Positions 37,129 to 45,931 of a DNA stretch of 45,931 nt are shown here, piece by piece (the stretch's first letter is position 1; the number at the start of each line of letters is the position of its first letter). Origin of the DNA: Pseudonocardiaceae bacterium (GTDB taxonomy: Bacteria > Actinomycetota > Actinomycetes > Mycobacteriales > Pseudonocardiaceae); the NCBI GenBank assembly GCA_050700515.1, contig JBOHHD010000592.1, forward strand, positions 1 to 45,931, in the 5' to 3' direction. The notes under the pieces were generated by a model. The model had not been told where the DNA came from, ran no database searches, and saw nothing but the letters and a program-made list of their open reading frames with translations. The position numbers and the translations under genes are program-made.

Positions 37129-38565
37129 ATGCTTGACCTTCATACGCATCGATTGGAAAGAACCACCACCAGGTCGCATTTACTGGAGGAGTACGGAGTC
37201 GAGTTTCAACCAACGCCAGCGCATTGGGCGCCCAATTCGTGGCGCAGTCGGCCGGTCAAGCAGCAACCCGAGTGGCCCGATCCGCGTGGCGTGGAGCGAG
37301 TGACCGCTGAGATCGCCCGGCAACCTCCGCTGGTGCTGCCCGTCGAAATTCAAAGTTTGCAGCGGTCACTGGCCATCGTGGCCTCGGGTCGAGCGTTTTT
37401 GCTGCAGGCGGGTGACTGTGCTGAGCGGTTCAGCTCCTGCATCGAACACGAGGTGCGCAGCAAAATTCGGGTTATTCTGCAGTTGGCGATACTACTGACC
37501 TATGGATCCGGTATGCCCGTGGTTAAGGTCGGTCGGATCGCCGGTCAGCTCGCGAAGCCTCGCAGCAAGCCCACCGAATTCGTCGCCGGAAAGGAACTTC
37601 CGGTATTCCGTGGTGATATTGTCAACGGGCCCGAGCCGACGCCGGACGCGCGCCGCCCGGACGTGGAACGTATGATGCTCGCATACCACCATGCTGCGGC
37701 GACCTTGAACGTGTTACGTGCACTGACCAAGGAAGGGTTCGCCGACCTCGACCAGGTGCACGCGTGGAACCGGGAGTTCGTCCTCGACAGCCCAGCCGGT
37801 CGGGATTACGAAGAAATCGCCGACAACATCACCAGGGCGCTGCGATTCATGTCGGCGTGTGGTGCCGACGTGGCCGATCTAAGGGCACTTCGCCAGGTGA
37901 ATCTCTTCACCTCACACGAGGCGCTGTTACTACCCTTCGAACAGGCTCTGACCAGATTCGATACCGGATCCGGCTCTTGGTTCGACACCAGCGCCCATCT
38001 GGTTTGGGTCGGCGATCGCACGCGGGAAATTGACAGTGCGCATGTAGAATTCCTGTCCGGCATCGCCAACCCGATTGGCATCAAGGTTGGACCGTCCATA
38101 ACGCCCCCCCAGTTACGTGAACTGTGCGAGCGGCTGGATCCTTACCTTGTACCCGGTCGACTGGTCTTGATCTCCCGTCTTGGCGCTGACCGGGTCACCG
38201 AGTTGCTGCCGCCACTGGTACGTGCGATCCGAGTGACCGGCCGTTCGGTGGTCTGGGCATGTGATCCGATGCACGGCAACACATTCCGTTCGGAGAGCGG
38301 GTACAAGACCCGTCGACTCGTCGATATCACGGCGGAGATCGCTGGCTTCTTCGCCGTGCACAAGGAGGAGGGTACGCATCCGGGCGGGGTGCATCTGGAG
38401 CTGACCGGCGACGATGTCACGGAATGTCTAGGAGGTGAGAAGGAGGTATTGGACGTCCACCTGAGCACTCGGTACGAGACTGTGTGCGATCCACGGCTGA
38501 ACGCCACCCAGTCTATTGAGCTCGCCTTCCGAGTGGCCAAGTTGCTGCGAGATCACCACCGATGA
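37129..38565 (+). CDS. Class II (plant/AroG-Mtb type) 3-deoxy-7-phosphoheptulonate (DAHP) synthase
   Basis: SWRSRPVKQQPEWPD...AFLLQAGDCAERF...KVGRIAGQLAKPRS...GIKVGPS...ACDPMHGNT...HLELTG are class II DAHPS signatures. The start is ATG 37129 or GTG 37123. Confidence 0.9.
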   Translation: MLDLHTHRLERTTTRSHLLEEYGVEFQPTPAHWAPNSWRSRPVKQQPEWPDPRGVERVTAEIARQPPLVLPVEIQSLQRSLAIVASGRAFLLQAGDCAERFSSCIEHEVRSKIRVILQLAILLTYGSGMPVVKVGRIAGQLAKPRSKPTEFVAGKELPVFRGDIVNGPEPTPDARRPDVERMMLAYHHAAATLNVLRALTKEGFADLDQVHAWNREFVLDSPAGRDYEEIADNITRALRFMSACGADVADLRALRQVNLFTSHEALLLPFEQALTRFDTGSGSWFDTSAHLVWVGDRTREIDSAHVEFLSGIANPIGIKVGPSITPPQLRELCERLDPYLVPGRLVLISRLGADRVTELLPPLVRAIRVTGRSVVWACDPMHGNTFRSESGYKTRRLVDITAEIAGFFAVHKEEGTHPGGVHLELTGDDVTECLGGEKEVLDVHLSTRYETVCDPRLNATQSIELAFRVAKLLRDHHR

Positions 38566-38649
38566 CAACTCCAGCGGAAGATCGGCTGCTACATCGCTCT
38601 CCGGCACCGTCGGGTCGTAACCAGATCGACCGCATGAGGAAGAGGACTG

Positions 38650-39627
38650 ATGACTACCGAGCCCCTGGTACCGGAGCATACCCACCTACCGAGCCACGAC
38701 CCGGCCGATCCGGTGGAAAATGCCGTGATCACCCGACTTGCCAAGAACTGGCAGCGCCGAGCCTCGGTAAAAGGCGCTGAACTTGATCTCGATGCCTTGT
38801 ACGAGCCCAATCGTCCGGACTATCCCGAAGGGATCCTGCCCTTCCATGACCATCCTATCTACCAGACGCTGGATCCAGCTCGCCAGACCGAACTGCTCGC
38901 CTGGGCCATGGTGGCTTTCAACCGCGACACAATAGACATCGAGCAGCACATCGCCAATCCCGGCTTCACGCTCTTGCTCAACGGGAACTTTCCCGGTGTA
39001 GCAGGCGAGGCCATGCACTCTGCGCTCGCACAGGCGATGGTCGATGAGCAATACCACACACTCATGCACTTGAACTCCAGTGCGGTGATCCGTCGTGCGC
39101 GTGGTTGGAACCTGCCCGCCGCCACACTGCCGACATCCTATAAGGCAATACGTTACCAGCAACTACTTGAGCAGGCCGCCACGGATCGATTCGAGCAGAA
39201 CCTGATCACGCTGGCCTTTACCACGGTTGCCGAAGTCTCGATCAGCGCACTGTTGGATCTCATCGCAGATGACGCCAGGATTCAGCCAGTGCACAGCACC
39301 ACCGCGAAGCTGCATAACCGCGACGAGTACTGCCATGCCTCCATCAGTGCAGAAATGGCGAAGGTAGTGTATTTCCATCTTTCGACCCGACAGCGGCAAT
39401 TCTTTCTTACCGCACTCGCAGAGGGTCTAGACGCCTTCATGGCCAACGACTTCGATGCTTGGCGGAGAATTGTGGATCTGGTCGACCTTCCCGGTGGTCA
39501 GCGCATGATAGACGAATGCCAGGCCGACCTCAGCCGTACCCGCATGCTCAACGACTACAGCGGTCTTTATCGGCTCTGCGAACAAATGGATGTGGTCGAC
39601 AGTGTCGGCTTTGCCTGGAGCCGGTAA
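38650..39627 (+). CDS. AurF/CmlI-family diiron arylamine N-oxygenase
   Basis: The ligand pattern is E98 ... E133-QY-H136 (39046-39057) ... E195 ... H222-NRD-E226-YC-H229 (39313-39336). This reproduces the E...ExxH...E...HxxxExxH arrangement of AurF. The overall length (325 aa) also fits. Confidence 0.85.
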   Translation: MTTEPLVPEHTHLPSHDPADPVENAVITRLAKNWQRRASVKGAELDLDALYEPNRPDYPEGILPFHDHPIYQTLDPARQTELLAWAMVAFNRDTIDIEQHIANPGFTLLLNGNFPGVAGEAMHSALAQAMVDEQYHTLMHLNSSAVIRRARGWNLPAATLPTSYKAIRYQQLLEQAATDRFEQNLITLAFTTVAEVSISALLDLIADDARIQPVHSTTAKLHNRDEYCHASISAEMAKVVYFHLSTRQRQFFLTALAEGLDAFMANDFDAWRRIVDLVDLPGGQRMIDECQADLSRTRMLNDYSGLYRLCEQMDVVDSVGFAWSR

Positions 39628-39673
39628 TGATCTCACAGAGCTCACGACGCAGAGACGAAATTGGGTATGACAC

Positions 39674-43135
<3,462 letters not shown>

Positions 43136-43174
43136 CCACATCCGTCTTAAGCCGATTTTTCGATCCCCACAGGG

Positions 43175-43846
43175 ATGAGGCATATGCCTGAGCTGTTGGT
43201 TCCTTTTCTCATAGTTACCTTATTGCTTATCATTTCACCTGGGCCGGATATGGCGCTGGTACTACGCAATGGTGCACGCAAGGGTGCCCCCGGGGCATGG
43301 TGGACTGGCCTGGGCTGCTGTGTCGGAAACACAGTTCACGCTACCGCAGCCGTGGTCGGTCTCTCGGCGACCCTGGCCGCATCCGCGACTGCGTACACGG
43401 CTATTAAAATCGCCGGAGCGGCCTACTTGGTGTGGTTGGGCGTACAGGCACTCTGGTCTTCACGGTCCCATCTTGGTATAAAGGCCACCAGTCGCCAACG
43501 GGTGTCAAGGCGCAACTCATCCGTTCTTGCGCCGCGACCAATGACGCACGGCTCCTGGTACAAAGATTTTCATCAAGGTATAATGAATGATTTGCTGAAC
43601 CCCAAGATCGCCCTGTTGTTTCTCACATTATTGCCACAGTTTGTCGCTGTGAATGAGCCTCGGGTCATCACTTCGATCAAGCTTGCTGCGATATTCGTTC
43701 TTATTTCGATTGTGTGGTGGTGGCTATTCTCGCTGGCGGTCGGTGGTATCGGGGGGATGCTGAGCCGTCAGTCTGTACGGGCGTGGTTCGAACGTGTGAC
43801 CGGTGTGGTACTTATCGGCTTGGGGGTGACGGTCGTTCTTGGTTGA
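43175..43846 (+). CDS. LysE/RhtB-family amino-acid exporter
   Basis: LLLIISPGPDMALVL, KIAGAAYLVWLG and NPKIALLFLTLLPQF are LysE-family signatures. The alternative start is ATG 43184. Confidence 0.85.
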   Translation: MRHMPELLVPFLIVTLLLIISPGPDMALVLRNGARKGAPGAWWTGLGCCVGNTVHATAAVVGLSATLAASATAYTAIKIAGAAYLVWLGVQALWSSRSHLGIKATSRQRVSRRNSSVLAPRPMTHGSWYKDFHQGIMNDLLNPKIALLFLTLLPQFVAVNEPRVITSIKLAAIFVLISIVWWWLFSLAVGGIGGMLSRQSVRAWFERVTGVVLIGLGVTVVLG

Positions 43847-43965
43847 ATTGACCTGCTTGTTCGATAGGTCGCAAAATATGCTCAAAGGATTAACGACCCG
43901 GAGGTTGTGTGACAGTGCGCAGTGTGGGTCGGCGGACGTGCTCGTCCTTTGTGGATCAGGAGTTG

Positions 43966-44676
43966 TTACGCGACCCCTTCACGAAACCGATTATCCAGTC
44001 CGCCCCGGGGAACGACCAGGCCGCTTTCGTAGGCGGCCACGATGGCCTGCGCCCGGTCCCTCAGCCCGAGCTTCATCAGTATACGACCGAAATGAGTCTT
44101 CACGGTTACCTGCCCGACAACAAGGCGCTCGGCGATTTCAGCGTTGGACAGCCCACCCGCCACCAGAGTTAACACCTCTCGCTCCCGTGCGGTCAGTCGC
44201 TGCAGTACCTCTGGGCTGGGCGCGCGCGAGGCAGGGCGCGCGGCGAACTCGGTGAGCAGCCCTCGTGCCACGGCCGGATGCAGCCAGGCGTCGCCGGAGG
44301 AGACGGCACGGACCGCGGCCGCGAGGTCGGCGGGCGCGGTGTCTTTGAGCAGGAACCCAGAGGCGCCGGCCCGCAAGGCACCGTAGACAGCGTCGTCCAC
44401 GTGATAGCAGGTGAGGATGAGTACTTTGATCGTCTTGGCAGCGTAAGCCGAGAATTCGCTGGCGGTGATCCGGCGGGCTGCCTCAATGCCGTCCACAACG
44501 GGCATACGCACGTCCATCACCACGACATCCGGTCGGTGTCGATTCGCTTCTGCCAACGCCTGCTGTCCGTCGCTTGCTTCCGCAACAACCTCGATGTCCG
44601 GCTCGGCGTCGAGCAACATGACGAGGCCAGCACGCACCAGTGGCTGGTCGTCTGCGAGCAGGACTCGTATTACCAT
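43966..44676 (-). CDS. NarL/FixJ-family response regulator (REC + LuxR HTH)
   Basis: The family features are IRVLLADDQPLVRAGL, DVVVMDVRMP, and LTAREREVLTLVAGGLSNAEIAERLVVGQVTVKTHFGRI. Confidence 0.9.
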   Translation of the reverse strand: MVIRVLLADDQPLVRAGLVMLLDAEPDIEVVAEASDGQQALAEANRHRPDVVVMDVRMPVVDGIEAARRITASEFSAYAAKTIKVLILTCYHVDDAVYGALRAGASGFLLKDTAPADLAAAVRAVSSGDAWLHPAVARGLLTEFAARPASRAPSPEVLQRLTAREREVLTLVAGGLSNAEIAERLVVGQVTVKTHFGRILMKLGLRDRAQAIVAAYESGLVVPRGGLDNRFREGVA

Positions 44677-45931
44677 GAGTACCTTCCCTGGTCGCCGGAC
44701 GTCGCATCGGTGGTGCCTCGGTAGGCGCCTGAATCCGCGCGAGTGGGCCCCGCCTGTCCGGTCTGATCCACTTCACGTTTTCTGCGTGCCGGCATGGTGG
44801 CCGTGACCTGGAAGCCGCCGTCCGGCAACGGTCCTGCATGAAGTTGCCCCCCTACCGCCGCGACCCGCTCGCGCAGTCCCAGCAGGCCATATCCATTGGC
44901 GAGGTGAGCTGATCGGTGGTCGAGCTGCCCACATCCATCGTCGGTGACCGTCAGGTGCAACATGCCGTCTTCCCAGCACAACTCGACGGTGGTGTCTGCT
45001 CCACGGCCCACGTATTTCGTCACGTTCGTCAGCGCTTCCTGCAGGATTCGGTAGGCGGACATATCGACGCTCGGGTCCAGCCGTTCTGGCTGACCATGAG
45101 TGCGCAGGCGCACCATTACCCCACCGGCCCGTACCCGGTCCAGAAGCGGTTCCAGGTCAGCCAGCCCGGGCTGATCATCGGGTTCTCCTTCGGGCTGCAT
45201 CAGGTCGCCCGTCCGAAGTACCCCCAGCAATCTGCGCAGTTCTCCCGTCGCCTGCTTGCCGCTGTGCTCGATGTTCGCCAGCGCCTTGGCCGCCCGCTCC
45301 GGATCGCTGGCCAGCATTCGTCGGGCGCCCGCGGCTTGCAGCAGCATCACGCTCACACAGTGTGCGATGATGTCGTGCAACTCCCGCGCGAGGCGGCTGC
45401 GTTCGGCTGCAACTGCTTCGCGGGCCGCCGCCGCCCGTCGCTGCTCCATCAGGAGCAGTTTCTGGTGATTGGCGTGCACCCATCGACCGAACAGCCAGGC
45501 ACCGATATTGAACAGCGACAACATGGTCGCGGCGACCAGGAAGGCGCGGAATGCACGGTCCGGGGATGCCGTGTTGAACTCGGCAGCCGATCCCAAGCCG
45601 GTGGGAACAAAGGTCAAGGCCAAGGCCGCCAGTCCGATACGACGGCGTTTCAGCACAGTGACGGTATACAGTGCGACGACAATGCCGAAGACGGGCCGGT
45701 AATCGGGAATCACGACGGCCGCGACTGTTTGGTGTATCCACATCGCGGTGAAGACGATTACCGGGGTACGGTCCCGCCAGATGAGGAAGGTGTATCCGAT
45801 AAACGCATAAGCCCCGATGGTGAGACCAGTGAATTCAACCCCCATGCGAGAGAAGGCCAGCAGATCGAGCACACAGCACCCCCCGGCGAGCGCGATGTTG
45901 CGCCGGCGTGCGCGCAGCGATGCGATAATGC
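44670..45931 (-). CDS. Sensor histidine kinase (HisKA_3/NarX-DesK type), 5' end probably beyond the window
   Basis: The H-box is ERSRLARELHDIIAHCVSV. The HATPase region is ILQEALTNVTKY...DDGCG...GYGLLGLRERV. It has a 7-nt overlap with the response regulator start. The frame stays open upstream of the GTG at 45872 to the window edge. Confidence 0.85.
   Translation of the reverse strand, partial: IIASLRARRRNIALAGGCCVLDLLAFSRMGVEFTGLTIGAYAFIGYTFLIWRDRTPVIVFTAMWIHQTVAAVVIPDYRPVFGIVVALYTVTVLKRRRIGLAALALTFVPTGLGSAAEFNTASPDRAFRAFLVAATMLSLFNIGAWLFGRWVHANHQKLLLMEQRRAAAAREAVAAERSRLARELHDIIAHCVSVMLLQAAGARRMLASDPERAAKALANIEHSGKQATGELRRLLGVLRTGDLMQPEGEPDDQPGLADLEPLLDRVRAGGVMVRLRTHGQPERLDPSVDMSAYRILQEALTNVTKYVGRGADTTVELCWEDGMLHLTVTDDGCGQLDHRSAHLANGYGLLGLRERVAAVGGQLHAGPLPDGGFQVTATMPARRKREVDQTGQAGPTRADSGAYRGTTDATSGDQGRYSW

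Noticed and set aside
38562-38780. A 72-aa ORF bridging the DAHP synthase and N-oxygenase genes.
   Set aside because: It overlaps the well-supported N-oxygenase start in another frame and translates to Arg/Pro-rich sequence with no family resemblance.

Overview
This is a high-G+C actinobacterial chromosome segment; for example, purL line 10141-10200 is 44/60 G+C. The conserved core backbone is: NUDIX hydrolase, purL, an SCP-like protein, a PAS-GGDEF-EAL c-di-GMP enzyme, dnaE, purF, purM, DUF3073, an RsiG-like coiled-coil protein, a BKACE enzyme, ygfZ-like, fur-like, a pabC-like class IV aminotransferase, nitrobindin, a cupredoxin lipoprotein plus polytopic membrane protein pair, a GNAT, and a NarL-type two-component system. 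Three accessory patches interrupt it. (i) 0.2-8.1 kb is a regulator and conflict-gene patch. It holds a Phd/VbhA-Fic toxin-antitoxin pair with an inactivated toxin, two XRE-TPR regulators, an Rpn-like nuclease, a LuxR regulator, a degenerate TIR-like ORF, and an unlisted 38-codon hydrophobic ORF. (ii) 14.4-21.6 kb is a gene-decay patch. It holds an ORF with an in-frame stop, a truncated cupin-like gene abutting an inositol-monophosphatase remnant, an ArsB/NhaD permease, a truncated 2H-phosphoesterase-like fragment, and a large NACHT-pentapeptide-WD40 STAND gene carrying a 5' truncation, two frame changes and an in-frame TAG. (iii) 36.5-43.9 kb is a visibly AT-richer island; line 40141-40200 is 30/60 G+C. 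It carries an intact, compact cassette: class II DAHP synthase, AurF/CmlI-type diiron arylamine N-oxygenase, PapB-like chorismate mutase, fused PabAB ADC synthase, PapC-like dehydrogenase and a LysE exporter. This is the p-aminophenylalanine branch of chloramphenicol, pristinamycin and obafluorin-type pathways, but without any NRPS or PKS. It is my top candidate for an undescribed system: a stand-alone pathway making and exporting a p-amino/p-nitro aromatic amino acid. No rRNA, tRNA, CRISPR array, integrase or transposase was recognised. The many long antisense ORFs in the track are high-G+C artefacts.
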